Shown piece by piece: positions 1 to 13,870 of a stretch of 64,000 nucleotides of DNA. A model generated the notes under the pieces. That model did not search any database, was not told where the DNA came from, and saw only the letters and a list, made by a program, of their open reading frames with translations. The DNA comes from Eledone cirrhosa. Its lineage: Eukaryota. The number at the start of each line of letters is the position of its first letter. Positions within the stretch are counted from its first letter, which is position 1. The stretch is from positions 175,708,001-175,772,000 of the forward strand of contig OZ024740.1 of assembly GCA_964016885.1 (NCBI GenBank). Direction: 5' to 3'. The translations under genes were made by a program, and so were the position numbers.

Positions 1-107
1 GGCTCTGTTCTCGTACATTGAGCTTATACAATACTGTCAAAATACGACACGGTACATGTGTGTTTATGCACATACGCTCCGTGCTCTACGTAAATATGTA
101 TGTATAT

Positions 108-203
<96 letters not shown>

Positions 204-321
204 GTATGTATATATACATACATATTTACGTAGAGCACGGAGCGTATGTGCATAAACACACATCATGTACCGTGTCGTATTTTGACAGTATTGTATAAGC
301 TCAATGTACGAGAACAGAGCC
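1..321. repeat. Inverted repeat (~115 bp arms) centred on a (TA)n run; left arm may continue outside the window
   Basis: 1-118 (ggctctgttctcgtacattgagc...) is the reverse complement of ~198-321 (...gctcaatgtacgagaacagagcc), with a 3-nt indel; spacer is (TA)n. Confidence 0.95.
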
Positions 322-362
322 GTTATATGTAAAAGAAATCAAAGAACGCTTACATACTCAAA

Positions 363-400
<38 letters not shown>

Positions 401-404
<4 letters not shown>

Positions 405-533
405 ATACTTTGGGAGGGTCATGTTGCCAATAAGAAACACAAGCACCAATTGCTTTCACTCCAATTTATTATAAATTAAATTTATAAATTTAAGAATTTA
501 TAAATTTCCGGTTGGTTGGTTGGTTCCACAACC
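401..533 (-). mobile_element. PLE terminal (pLTR) fragment, family B, abutting (TA)n
   Basis: Near-identical to 31216-31348 and to the reverse complement of 32106-32237. Confidence 0.85.
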
Positions 534-879
534 TTAGGGAGGGACGGGTACACTAGTCTTTACCTGAATCTCACTTCTGGCTCCGAGACCTTTCAGTCTC
601 ACCCCGGTAAGTGCTTCTGCTGACTGACTAAACTTAGTGAGTAACTGGATATTTGGAGAGGAGATGGTACCATCAAGCATGTCTAAGGCCCACAGAAATG
701 TTATGATAGCCAAAAATAACATGCTGGATTGGTTGAGCCCCGGAAACCAGTTACTGCGCTATCGACTGCTATATCTCAAGGTGAAGGCTGGGACGTCAAC
801 GATATTTTGCATTCTTATTTTTGAACGTTGTAATTTGCAATTTACATGTTCCATTTGGAACATCGGATTCTGAGGGTCG

Positions 880-1430
880 AACTTTGTATCGACTACCTGG
901 CATTATATTATATTAAATTCTATGGTTGAACAGGTAAATATTTGAAGTACACTAAAGTGGTGACAAAACGCGTTGGTAAGTTTGATTTTAGTGAAAATCG
1001 TAGAGGGATTGATGGGGTGGTAATCCAGATCGTCCCGGGTTTCCCCGCGCTCATATGGTAGACTCGCGTATCGATTGTCTATGTGCATGGCTGTGTGTAT
1101 AATTTCATATGATGTTTAGATGTTTCTTTTTGAATGTAAGGCTAATTGAGCAGGGAGAATGTGTCTGTGGAACGGAGATGTTCAGTTGGAATTTTTGTCA
1201 TGTTTCCGGTTTATGGATACGTGTATTTATATTCCTGTACACATTCAGGCACCATCCACACACACACATATATGTGCGTTGTAAACATTGTTATGGGTTC
1301 TTGGAGAAAAGCCTACTGGGATGTGATATGCTTTATATATATATTTGTGAGTTAGAAAATGTCAATATTCTATTCATTCTTATTTTAGTTGTTCTGTGTC
1401 GTGAGGGTTGTTTAGTGATTTAGTAGTAAT
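880..1430 (-). pseudogene. Degenerate PLE RT-to-GIY-YIG linker fragment
   Basis: ORF 903-1088 INPSTIFTKIK...QIFTCSTIEFNII resembles the PLE linker (INxSTxF...FTCxSxNVIY) that precedes GIY-YIG. Confidence 0.45.
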
Positions 1431-2248
1431 ACAGTGAGTGCCATGTATAAAAGGGTGTGAATTATTCTCTTAGGGTTGTCTGTGGACGCAGCATGGTCAA
1501 ATAGTTAAGAAGTTCAACTTGCAATTATTGCGTTCCGAGTTCGATCCGAGTGTCATTTAACTAGCCTTTGATCGATCCAAATCTCGTGAATGAAATTCGA
1601 GACGAAAACTGGATTGGAATCTCATCGGATTGACTGTAGCTCTAAGTCAAGGGGCTAGCCTAGTCACACAATATATGACGCACTGAATCTCCCTGAGAAC
1701 TACATTAAGTGTACCCACGTCTGAGCACTGATCAGCCACATGAGTGCTTCTGAGAGGGTGTGCAGGGCTAAGAGACTCGGTTAAGGTGCTATATTTGTTT
1801 ACAAATGGAAAACCTGACGGGAGCATCCGCACACAAATATATTACAGAGTATTGCATGACGTTACAAAAATGAAAGCTAAAAGACCAAAGAAAAAAAAGA
1901 GCAAGAAATTAATAGAAAACAAACAAAATATTAAATCCACTTACAATAATAAAAGAAACTGAATATGTAATACCAAAGATTCCAAGCATGTATGTGCGTA
2001 CACACACATATATATGTGTGTGTGTGAGTGTGTATGTGTATGTGTGGGTTTGTTTGTTTGTGTGTGTGTGCGTGTGTGTGGGTGTGTTTCTTAGGGTGAA
2101 CTCGTTGCCCTGGAAGGAAAAATAATATATGTATATATATATTTATATATATATATATGTATTATACATACATACACACACACACAAATACATATATATA
2201 CACACACACACATACATACATACATACATACATACATACATACATACA

Positions 2249-2279
<31 letters not shown>

Positions 2280-3039
2280 GCAGCGATAGCCAGTCTAAAT
2301 TTAGAGTCATGTGTTGTTCTTGTGCCAAACAGTAATGCAGGGCGCATTTAACATTGTTATAGATTAACAAACAGCAGTAGCTTGCAACTGTGGTTTGCAG
2401 CAGCTAACGCTAACAGCTTACGGCTGCACACTTAAATTAGGTATGTTTGCTCGCACCAACTTTTGCTCCAAGTAAAAACGGATGACTCTATATTGTTTAT
2501 TGTAAGCGTTGTTGTAAAATCAATATTGCTGGAGAGTGAAGAGGTTTCAATGAAGTTAGCAAGAGATATCTCGGCGAAGCAAATGAAGATAAAAAAAATA
2601 TATATACAAGACGAAATAAGATAGAGGAAAGGTAAAATAAAAAAAATCTAAAAGACAGAAAAAACACACACAAAGATCAACAAATAAACGAACAGATTAA
2701 CAAACAAAAGTATCCGAAAACAGAATCCTCATCTACGCCCTCACCGCCCCGATGCCGGTTTATGATTCCTACGTTAGGTGGTGATATTCTGAGATAAATA
2801 AGATAAAGAGAAAGATGGGTGTTGAATGAGACATAAAAATAACTCTAAATAACTCTTAAATAACATGTCATTGTGTCTGTAAGAAAGAACATGTTTACTA
2901 GATAGTTTGACTTTTTCGCTTATGTCGTAACGAAACGGAACAAAGATGAAATCAATATAATGTTGTTGTTATCAGGCCCAAGTCATTTTCTACATCTTGG
3001 CTTACATTATTCAATATGTTCTCTCTCTTTCTCCCCCCC

Positions 3040-3082
<43 letters not shown>

Positions 3083-3099
3083 TTCTACCTTTATAGTTT

Positions 3100-3860
3100 T
3101 TTAGACCCAGTACACAGACGCAGGAATACGAGATGACACAAGACGTACAGGAGAGACCAAATGTTATAAAAGTCATCAATTTAACTATTAAAGAACCAAC
3201 ATCAAACCAAATCAACATCCAGTCTTTTCTACGGTATTCCCAAGATACATAAAAGTGAAAAAATAAGTAAGGCATGCAAGGGAGCTACAGATATATTCAT
3301 CAATGTCCCATCACCTAATGACCTCGAATCAAGACCTATAATAGCAGGCCCCGCTTGCGAAACCTACCGCCTCAGCAACTCCCTGGATACCCTATTAAAG
3401 CCATTCTTTAAAGCACATTAAAAGCTACATAAGGGACAACCTTGATATGCTCAACTATCTCCTCAAAACACTTAACAGTGAACAAACCCTACTTGTGTCT
3501 TTTGATGTAGTCAACCTATATTCCAATATCCCCTGCAACCTAGGAATGGAAGCAATTCAATTCTGCTAGAAAATTACTCCAATGAACTCCCACACCGCTT
3601 AACAAAAAATTAATCTTCTAATTCATATTCAATTACAAATTCTACAGAGAGAAATCTGGAACTGCGATGGGCACGAAAAGGCCCTCTCTTGTACTAACCT
3701 AGTCATTGGGTACCTGGAAATCACCCACTACCCTAAAGTACTAGACAAATGCGGAAACTCTTTCTAGCTGCACATAGAAAATAACTGGAAGAGATATCTA
3801 GATGTTTGTTTCACCCTTTGGCATGAAAGTATAGAGAGACTTATAGAACCATAAATAACT
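3100..3860 (+). pseudogene. PLE reverse transcriptase fragment (stops and frameshifts)
   Basis: Hand translation gives FYGIPKIHK, RPIIAGPACETYRLSNSLDTLLKPF, LVSFDVVNLYSNIP, GTAMGT and WKRYLDVCF, which are canonical PLE RT motifs. Confidence 0.9.
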
Positions 3861-3994
3861 TTTTAAAAAATGTTTTGCTGTTATTCTATGAAAAAAATAC
3901 TATTAGCATTTTCTACTTTCTTTTATTGTCTTTGTCCTGCGCACTCCCTATTTTGAAATCACACAGACAGACAGACATACAGACATACAGGCAG

Positions 3995-4041
<47 letters not shown>

Positions 4042-4200
4042 GACACACATATATATAGGTGGATTCCCGATATACACCGGGAGGTGACCACAGTTTTAAA
4101 AGGTACTCAGTACGTTTGTAGATCAGAGGCATATTTATTTTTTCATAGAAATGAATTCTACAGGACTAGAAATCTTTCATTCGTAAGAAATCACCAGGAA

Positions 4201-4408
<208 letters not shown>

Positions 4409-4619
4409 GAAGCATAAGAGTTGAAGATGCACTTATTTGTTTTGTATATGCATGCACACTTACAGTACACAACAAAAAGAAATTCGTCTGTTCAAAACTA
4501 AATTGTAGGTTTTTACAAAAACGCGGCTTTACAGAAAGATTATTTAATTTGTTTTTTACTGGATGGTTTCGTTTACGGGTAGTATTTTAAGGTTAAATAC
4601 TCAATGTTATATTTGTGTT

Positions 4620-5100
4620 GGTTTTGTGTATTTTAGTACGTGTCATTTTGTGCCGTGTACATCCTTTATATGACAAGTGACTCAAGTGATTATATATTTA
4701 CTGTCATTTGTTCTCATGACAAAAGATGCAACTCTATTTTCAATATGAACGAGATTAAGTGTCGTGCGTTAGCTGACGTGCTACGAATTTTAATTTGGTG
4801 TGCATTTATTTATATAACCTTTTGATGCGTATTTTATTAATATCTCTTAGACTGTTGTTTGCGATTTTGTTTTGGAATATTGTGCAGATTCACTTGTGTG
4901 ATTTGAATGGGTGATGTAAAAAGAATGTTTCAGGCCCTAAATTTGCCTTATTTTGTTGTTATTTTTATATCTAAGAAGAGAGGTTTTTCGTTTACGTACG
5001 TGCGTAGTGATCTGAATATGATAGTTTATATTATTGGTGAGATTTTGAGAAATGGTTGTAAAAATTGTTGTTTCCCAAGATTGTGCATCCACGGTACCAC
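4620..5100 (-). pseudogene. Highly degenerate PLE GIY-YIG C-terminal fragment
   Basis: Weak SLESLVI..N-like motif and preceding Y..KT-like segment on the minus strand. Confidence 0.3.
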
Positions 5101-6242
5101 ATTTTTACATCAACTCATCCAAAACACACATGGACTAACATTTCATTTAATTAAGTTAAGCGAAACTATTGAATAGTTTCAAACCCAACAACAAGAAACT
5201 ACAGAGTAAAATATATGATAAAATTTTCAACTAAATTCAAAATATACTAATATGTTGATCTATAATGCAGTGGGGAAAAGCAACAGGTTATTTCGGTGAT
5301 TTCTGCACACAAAATTTCTGTTAATCTTGATACCTGTATATCCATGTATTAACAAACGTATTGAGACCATGTATTTGTGGATAATGTTTAAATAAATTCA
5401 CAATCATCCGTTTAATAAACGTAAAGAAGTTACAAATAAATTTACATACTTTCGTCTAATGAACATGGACGTAATGTCACCGTGCAAATAAACCTCTTAG
5501 ATAAACTTCAGCACCCTCTTAGCAAAATTTATTGAAGAACAACTCGATTAGTTTCGTTATTATATACTTTATTCTACATATTGAGACACAAAGAAATACA
5601 ACCATAAGCAATCGAGTTATGTGCCTCAACTTTCCTCAGAGAGAACACAGTGGATTAACCACATGAGTCTATTTATTACCATAGCAAGGCTAAATGTATA
5701 TTTATGAAACCCATGCATGTACATTCATTTACAACTCATCATATAGGCGTTTCTTTCTTTCTTTTTCGAACCTTAAATTTATTTTTTAAATAAAAAATAA
5801 AAGGTCAGGTATGGAACTAAGCACGAACAATAACACAGAGATGCCAGCTGTGTTCAAGACAAGTCTCGCAATTTGCACAGTGACAATTACCGATTGAATT
5901 TTCAGAATGTTTTAGAAGTAATTGGTCATAATTTCCCTATACTTCGCATAAAATATTTCACATTGACTGAGATACAATAATATATGCAGTTTTTCCTTAT
6001 TAGTTTTCTCTCTTTGACAAATAGTATGAATTTGGCAGTTATGATGTAAATAATGGGGATGATGATGATTGTACTGGTGAGGGTAGTGATGTGGTGCTGG
6101 TGGTCATAATGGTGGGGGTGGTAAAGATGATGGTATGATGATGATGATGTTTCTGCTAATATTCTTTATAATATGAAACATATGAGCGTACACAAAGTTA
6201 TAAATGTTTACAAGTATTTTGTTTTTAAAACAGCGAGCGAGT

Positions 6243-6450
6243 TTGAAAATAGAAATAGAAGCTTTCGCCGTATTTTTGACTAAAAACATTTTTAGCTTGA
6301 TAGCGAGGTTTAGAACCCTCTACGAAATGCTAAAAGATGAGTACGTCAATATTCATCTTTTTCCATTTCTTAGAGGGGTTCTAAATACCACTATCAGGCT
6401 AAAATTTCTTTAGTAAAAAATACGGCGAAAGCTTCTATTTTTATTTATAA
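6243..6450. repeat. Imperfect hairpin repeat element (related sequence at ~50460-50550)
   Basis: aaatagaagctttcgccgtatttt pairs with aaaatacggcgaaagcttctattt; tttagaaccctctacgaaatg pairs with catttcttagaggggttctaaa. Confidence 0.75.
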
Positions 6451-6525
6451 ATGTTTGATTATATCTATTACATTCATTTCAGAATAGTCCTTCCTACGGT
6501 TGGCATTACACACACGGGCACGCGC

Positions 6526-6740
<215 letters not shown>

Positions 6741-7386
6741 GCGAAAGTCAAGAAGATACACAAGGCATGGCTTTTATAGAGGAGTGGTATTAAACCAGAA
6801 CAATAATATCAATAATAAAATAACTAGATACTGAATAGTTAAAATAATAACATCAATATAAGTAAGAAATAGAGTATAATGATGAATCTAGCATATTAAA
6901 CGAACTGAAATGATACAGATGTATGAAATTGACATGTGAAAACTGATATAGGGTACATTAGATGTAGTGTTAAGGTGGTGAATAGATAACTAATAAAATG
7001 TACTTGGAGTCAGGATTTATGAGGTATCTGTGTCTGTTGTAGGTTTGAAGGCACGCTGGTAATAAACCGGATATTTATTTATTGTTTGACAGACAAACAT
7101 TTTCGATGTATTAATTTAGTGATGCGGAGAAATATATAGTTTTTATGTGGTGTTAAGTAGAGTTGTAGATTCGTTATTTAAGTGGCCTATTCTAAAAGTT
7201 GGGATTGTTAGTTCGAATCATGGGGGTTTAGTTTTCATAACATCAATAACAAATAGTGTATAAATAAGACAATAATAACAACAATAATAGAGACAATAAA
7301 AGTAATAAAATAGTAAAATATGCATCGTAGATAGAGAGAACATGATGAATAATATTAGGGATACATTGAGATGATCATAATAATAA

Positions 7387-7605
7387 TACAGGCAATATCA
7401 GCCACCCCCACCCCCAGCCCCCACCCACTGCCATGAAAGATTTAATTGTGTTTACAAGAAATGTTGACCAATCCTTTTGACAACTACAATCTTCTCATAT
7501 AAGGAATAAAAAGTTCGGTTGTTTATTACCACCCTAAAAATTCTAATTTAGTCCAGAAATAGCCGTGGAAACGGCTTGAGCTCTGCCGTCAGGGTTAAAC
7601 ATTTT

Positions 7606-7645
<40 letters not shown>

Positions 7646-7851
7646 AAAATGTTTAACCCTGACGGCAGAGCTCAAGCCGTTTCCACGGCTATTTCTGGAC
7701 TAAATTAGAATTTTTAGGGTGGTAATAAACAACCGAACTTTTTATTCCTTATATGAGAAGATTGTAGTTGTCAAAAGGATTGGTCAACATTTCTTGTAAA
7801 CACAATTAAATCTTTCATGGCAGTGGGTGGGGGTGGCTGATATTGCCTGTA
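7387..7851. repeat. Near-perfect ~210 bp inverted repeat centred on (TA)18; two PLE 3' ends facing each other
   Basis: 7387-7607 is the reverse complement of 7644-7851 apart from a short indel in the C-rich part; contains HHR 3' half GAAA-CGGC..GCCG-TC. Confidence 0.95.
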
Positions 7852-9654
7852 GAACAATGAGGGAGTGGGTGGAGCCGGTCAAGCATTGAAAGTGAATTCT
7901 ATACAGCAAATTCAGGTGAAAAAGAAATCTGAGAGTGGGACGTTATAAAATTAAAAGGGTAATAAATTGAGATTAAAAGAAAAAAGTAATAAAAATATTA
8001 AATAGTAAAAAGTAATAAAACAATCTCTAGAGTCTAAAGCAGCCGCTATATTTTTAGCTGGTATTGCATTTTCGGCCAATGCTATATAGAATTTACTGGA
8101 GCAGGGGTACTGAGGCTACAAAAGCCCTTTGGGCTGCCTCGGGGTAGGCGAAAGAGGAAAAAGAAAAACGGAGAGGAGAGGGAGTGGAAGGAAGTGATAA
8201 GAAGAGATAAAGGGAGAAAGAAAAAAAGTACATCTACCTATGTATGCTGGGGTTTCTCCTATCTTGTTCGGCAAGTGGGGAAAAGAAGAATCTTGCAGCC
8301 ATTGTCTACCCACCCGGGTCATGAAAGGGTTTGAGGGCGAGGTAAGTCCTACGCAATTGGTGTTCACATGCAGTTACAAGTTCGTCTTTTTTGTTTAGGA
8401 GTTGGTCCTTCGTAAACAGCATTTGTATTGTTTCCTCCGAGCATAAGTTACACGGACGGCGTCCTCCCGTGTACGAGTTAGCCCTGAACGGTAAGCTCCA
8501 AGTCAGATTGTATGTTATGTTATTATCTTGGAGGTCCCGAGGTGGTCCGAGAGTGTAGTGGCACGTCGCCGGGCCGGGTTTCGGTACGTATGTTGGTGTT
8601 GGTAGAGCCGGGTCTTAAAGTCACAAGCGATTAATCCTATATAAGTTTTGTTGGAGTTTTCCGTCTTCACGTTGAATTGATAGATCACGTTACGTTCTCG
8701 GCATCTGTTGTTGAGGGGGCACGTAGATCTATCAGGGCAGTTACACCTCCTGGTCAGGTCTCTACTAATGTCTAGGTTTCTTCTATAGGAGTTGAGTTTC
8801 TTGTTGTTTGAGGAGGCGATGTTTTGTGCGAAGTTGGGTTTGGTGCTGTAGGGAAGTTTGATAGTGTTTTTGTTGTTTATGTTGTGGTGGGAAGTGTTTT
8901 TCGAGGAGCCTAAAGAAGATTTTCCCGATGGGTGTTGCCACCTAGGCATTGTGGGGAGTGTTGAACCACGTTACGTGGCGTGAGCGGCGGCGTCGGCTGC
9001 TGGTTCCGCAAAGAGAAGCTGAATAAAAGGAGATTTCCTCCCGAAAGTCGCTTCGCTTGAGGACCTGGTTGTAATAAGGTGCATGTTCATCGAAAATCTG
9101 CTCATTAGCGTACAACCGAGATATGCGGAGGGATATGTTTTTAACCAGGTTATTGGTGATGTTTCTAGGGTGGTTAGAGCGGCGGTGGATGTAGTGAAAG
9201 TTGTCATTTGGTTTCCTCTATGGGTAGTACAGATAATTTTTGAGGTTGAGAGTAACGTCCATCAAATTGATTCGGGTTAGGGACGTTTGTAGAGTGATTT
9301 TAAATTCCCAGTCACGGAAGAAGTTGATTAGTTGTTTACGGACCCGGTCTGTACTACTGGGTTGTACTCGTTGAGGGTAAGGGGCCCATTGTGTCGCCGA
9401 ATGCAGGAAACATTTCGGTGAGTTTACGTAGTAGGAATAATCCTATAAGATCAGTCACCTCGGCCGAGTCGGTCGCGCCCATACTGATGTCGAAGGGGGA
9501 GTCGGGAGCTCTCTTTATCCACTTGGAGTTGTCGAAAAGGAGGACTGCCTTCCTGGCCTGGAGAATGACGTTTCTTTCCTGGTCGGTGATGGGTGTGAGT
9601 GTTTTGGAAAAGTCCAAAGCGGCCGTAAGGAGCGGTAAGGTAATAGAGGCGTAA
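7644..9654 (-). mobile_element. 5'-truncated Penelope-like element (RT C-terminal half + GIY-YIG + 3' region), disrupted
   Basis: ORF 9354-9617 FDISMGATDSAEVTDLIGLFLL (PLE RT); ORF 8515-8949 CNC..CPL..C..NVIYQ..TYIGL...FKTRLYQH (GIY-YIG); bounded by TA runs. Confidence 0.9.
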
Positions 9655-10138
9655 TAGCTCTCTCTCTCTATATATATAGTTGTCTTTATTTAAGTGTTTA
9701 TTTGATTGACAGTATTGCTATTGCTCCGTAAACTAAGGCATAAACAGGATTCAGCACCACAGATTCATTGCATGTACTTAAGAACGATATGGGTTCACGT
9801 AGAATTTGACCCAGTATCGTTATACGAATTAATTTTGAGAGAAGATTATGTTATTGCATAATTAAATTTATTTCTGCGATACGCATTTTCACAATTGCTG
9901 CGTGTTGTTACCTAATTGTAATATGCTAAACGTCTCTCGTTTAACCATATCAATAAATTTTCTAGTGTAACCTCTGGTTAAATGTAAAGTAGTGGTCTGA
10001 AAAAGTCATGCCCGCCTAAATCATGATAACATAATTGCAAGACGCTGGGATTGTAGAATGGAGTATAACAGGACTAAATTTAATTATGTGATAACACAAC
10101 CCTGTCTTAACGTTCGTTCGTATATATATATATGTATG

Positions 10139-10177
<39 letters not shown>

Positions 10178-10180
<3 letters not shown>

Positions 10181-10646
10181 TAAATTTAGTCCTTCATCAG
10201 TGATCTTCCAACCTTCATTGGTAGATCATCGCTTTAAAGACCATGTACCTCCGGTTGGTTCGAGCAACGGCTAAAGAAAGTCGTTGGGACACGTAAATAG
10301 GGGGAACGAGCGAGACAGTAAACAATCAAAGATGGTAATGCAACGAAAGTGAGGAAGAAGGAGTCAAGTCCCTGAAATCGATGAACATAAGTTCTGTGAA
10401 ATCGTGGACGAGAGAGAATAAAGACCATCAAACCTAGTCGAAATGTGAGTACGGAAATAATTTCGCACAGGTCAAACGGGAGGAAGAAGGAGTCAAGTCC
10501 CTGAAATCGATGAACATAAGTTGTGTGAAATCGTAAACGAGAGAGAATAAAGACCATACGATCTATATATATGCATACATATTTGATGATCCGACTAAGG
10601 TGAAACAATTGTTCTCGGAAATGGTGAATTAACTGTTGTGGAACTA

Positions 10647-10650
<4 letters not shown>
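10178..10650 (+). mobile_element. PLE-type terminal remnant with a ~78 bp direct repeat and a degenerate HHR
   Basis: 10351-10428 repeated at 10480-10557; 10583-10614 TTGATGA-TCC..GG-T-GAAA-CAATTG-TTC; between TA runs. Confidence 0.55.
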
Positions 10651-10688
<38 letters not shown>

Positions 10689-10937
10689 GAGGGGGAGAGA
10701 GGGGCGGGGCAGAGGGAGAGAGGAGAGACGCACTTGGATTACTTTTTCGTTTTCATTTGTGTCAGTTTGCCGAAAGGCATAACTCCACTCTGGCTTTGTT
10801 AAAGTTCTGTTGGAGTGTAACAAGTAAAAGGATGTTAAAAGATTTGTTAATATACAGGATCGTTCTCAGGTTTCTGGAAAATATACAGAAATATACAGAT
10901 GCATGACATTTTATTAGTATGCAGAATATTTCTTCAT

Positions 10938-11051
<114 letters not shown>

Positions 11052-11270
11052 TATAAACGTTTAAATTCGGTGGTTAATCACTGGGTAGAATTGGTCATTC
11101 TGCAATGTTAACCGTGACGTAATAAAAGAAAAGCACTCGTCATTATGCAACTCATCCATCTCTGATGTTGAATCCTGTTGGTGGTGCGGGAACCGAGTAA
11201 ATGTATTATGAAGTGAAATAACAAGAGGCCAAAATGTTGAATTTCCTTAAATGTTTATTTCTGCAAACAC

Positions 11271-11332
11271 TATGCACATTTCAGTGGCCAAGTTGCGTAA
11301 GAACCTGGTGACATCTTCAGCAGGTGTAAATT
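11271..11332 (-). ncRNA. Degenerate hammerhead ribozyme motif
   Basis: Minus strand CTGAAGA-T-GTCACCAGGTT..AACTTGGCCAC-T-GAAA-TGTGCA-TA, followed downstream by AATAAA. Confidence 0.5.
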
Positions 11333-11578
11333 GCGTAATAGATCTATACCAACGGAAGGAAGGTAAACTTTAAGCAAGTAAGCAAAGAAAAGACAGAGAA
11401 GAAAACATGTGTTTATGTTTTTGTTTTTGACTCAGAGGTGAACGAGGCAGAATGTTCTTATTATGCCTCGCCATATATACAGTGTCCCAAACAAGTGTAT
11501 ACACCCTTTGATTACCAGTACAGGCTATATTTATAAGAATTCTGTTGAAGTGTGTATACATTTTGGGAGGATGCCTTG

Positions 11579-11609
<31 letters not shown>

Positions 11610-11639
11610 CTATGCATTCTCTTTGAAAGAGCCGTCCAC

Positions 11640-12680
11640 CAATCATAAGCTTACACGAGACCAAAAGTGTTGAATAATTCTGGAGTTCTCTCCTGATTCG
11701 CAATGTATTTTTGATTAGCCACTCATCAGCCCTGATAGTGCAACCATATGATCCAAGACATTCCTGCCATGACCACCTAGTCTCGGTTTTAGATAGAGTG
11801 TATCTATTATCCAATATATCATATCATTCCTTTACGGTTGGGTGTGATATAAGAAAAATTTGGCTGGTCTTTTCAGCAGGTCGACATTTAAGTTGATCTT
11901 AACCATCTTTCTTCTTGCATTCCACTCATTTGTTGAATGTGGGTAAATCTGACGACCTGGAATGCACGATTTGTATATTCAGCCCCAACCTTATAAATCT
12001 CTTGAAATATTGCCTAGCAACATAATTATTTATGTAGAAGCTTCCTGTTTATGTTAGGATTTTGTGAATTCTAATATCAATGAAGTGCATGTAAACCAGT
12101 CAAGTACCCAAATGTTAATAGCAGTACTGGTACTGTAATGCATTAAGGGAAATGATCTAGTTGTTTCAAAATTATTCTGATTAAGATACTTTATAATACC
12201 TGTATGCTTTCGTCACTCTATCTTTGTTCACATAATCTTCGTAAGATATTTTCATCAATATCAAATTATTTGTAGCACACATTGTTAGGAACAGTGGAGA
12301 TAAAGTGGTCATTGATGCGGAAATCTTTGGTTTAGAAAGCAGTTTTCATCACGTTCAACTATCAAGTATGATCTTATTCCTTTGCATAATATATCCTTCC
12401 AGCGTAGATATTTAGACAACCAGTTAAAGAAATCCGTTAAAGGGGAAATTATGGGTTACATTCGCTTTTATTACTGATGTAGACAATAATATATGAAGTG
12501 GATTTTCTGCCAAAGTAGGTAGAAGAAACAGACAGAAATATTCCTTTCGAATGATATATAAAATCAAAGACCATTGTGTATAAATATGAAGATGATTGAC
12601 TAAGTCTTTCGGAATCTTTCAATGGTAGCAATGAAGCAGCATGTACTTTTGCCAAATAAATTGATTCCAGCAGCTATAAG
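11640..12680 (-). pseudogene. Very degenerate PLE (RT/GIY-YIG) remnant
   Basis: ASMTTLSPL-like (cf. GxAMGSPLSP) segment; lies upstream of the HHR at 11271-11332; part of it (11917-12015) recurs at 14210-14292. Confidence 0.35.
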
Positions 12681-13030
12681 TAAGGAAATAACTCCTATAT
12701 AATATTTCATCAGTGTATATATTTACTACAGAGAGCACAGTTTAATTAATTAAGTATTCTTCGAAATATACACAACACTACCTTCTAGCTACCGGGTTAC
12801 TTATTTGTTCTTTATCTTATTGAATTCGCAGCAGTCTTGAGAATTCATTTAAACAATTTTAAATAATGTTAAATAGTGTTTACGTAAAACACGATTAAAG
12901 CAATGATTTCGTTCTTGTCAAACATCTGTGTCCATGTATTGGCCAGTTAGTTTTGTATGTCAATATAGTTCTCGCTAGTCGTACTTTTAGATATCCTACT
13001 GAATAGATTTACAGAGAACATCAACATCCA

Positions 13031-13092
<62 letters not shown>

Positions 13093-13415
13093 CACAACGA
13101 ATTGATACGTTTTCGATATACAGCTTTGATATAGATTTAGTGAATATTTCAAAGCGCATTGTATTATGGTTTACTGTTCATGTTATTAAACTGTTTTTTT
13201 CTAATTGCGTACAATCATGGTGATTTACGGTTAAAATTTGTTCTTTTCATTTCAGGTAGAACAACAAATTCATTTAATACCTACCCGAGAAGGGTTTTCT
13301 TTTTTTCTTTATAATTACTAAGAAGACGTTCCCTTTGAGCCTTCAATATATAAACATAGGAACCAACCTATTAGTGTATATATGCATGTCTGTAAGTATG
13401 TACTATGTAGGTTAT

Positions 13416-13870
13416 GTCAGGTCGCTCTTCAGCGCTACTGGTAACATGTAACCCAGTACAACATGTCACATGGTCGGGTCGTCGGCAACCAAACCCGCAA
13501 TCCCACCAAGCTTGCTTGGCGAGGAGGGTGATTTTGGACACCCTACGGATGAAAAACAAAACGGGCAGAGGAACTCAGGAGAATCAACGGCCATCCAATA
13601 AAGTCTTTATTTTCTTTATGTGGAGTGAGAGCATCTTAGTCTTCATTACGACATCTCTCTACGAGAAGGTCACTCTGATATAAGACCTACGACTTCGTTT
13701 CTATCCAATGATGTAGACCAGTTCTTCTTTTTGGGTAAATGCGTTCGATGTTCAGAGAGTGGGATTGGCCCCGTGCAAAGCCTTTCCTCACTTTAAAAAG
13801 CTTCAAGCACAGACATCGCTTGATATGTTACATTGTTTGTATTGCTGGCCATAGGCAAGTCCCTAGTAGG
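13416..13870 (+). mobile_element. Dispersed repeat family (SINE/LINE-end-like) next to (TATG)n
   Basis: Homologous reverse-complement copies at ~33040-33577 and ~43120-43557, each adjoining (CATA)n. Confidence 0.8.

Noticed and set aside
7560-7690. Complete HHR formed across the TA-centred palindrome
   Set aside because: Only the GAAA-stem III-TC half is present; the mirrored CTGACGG is not a CUGANGA core
10351-10557. Direct repeats with a spacer resembling CRISPR
   Set aside because: Only two ~78 bp copies, eukaryotic repeat context, no cas genes
13240-13330. Acceptor-like ttcatttcag (also at ~35159)
   Set aside because: No convincing ORF or donor follows; such motifs are frequent in AT-rich DNA
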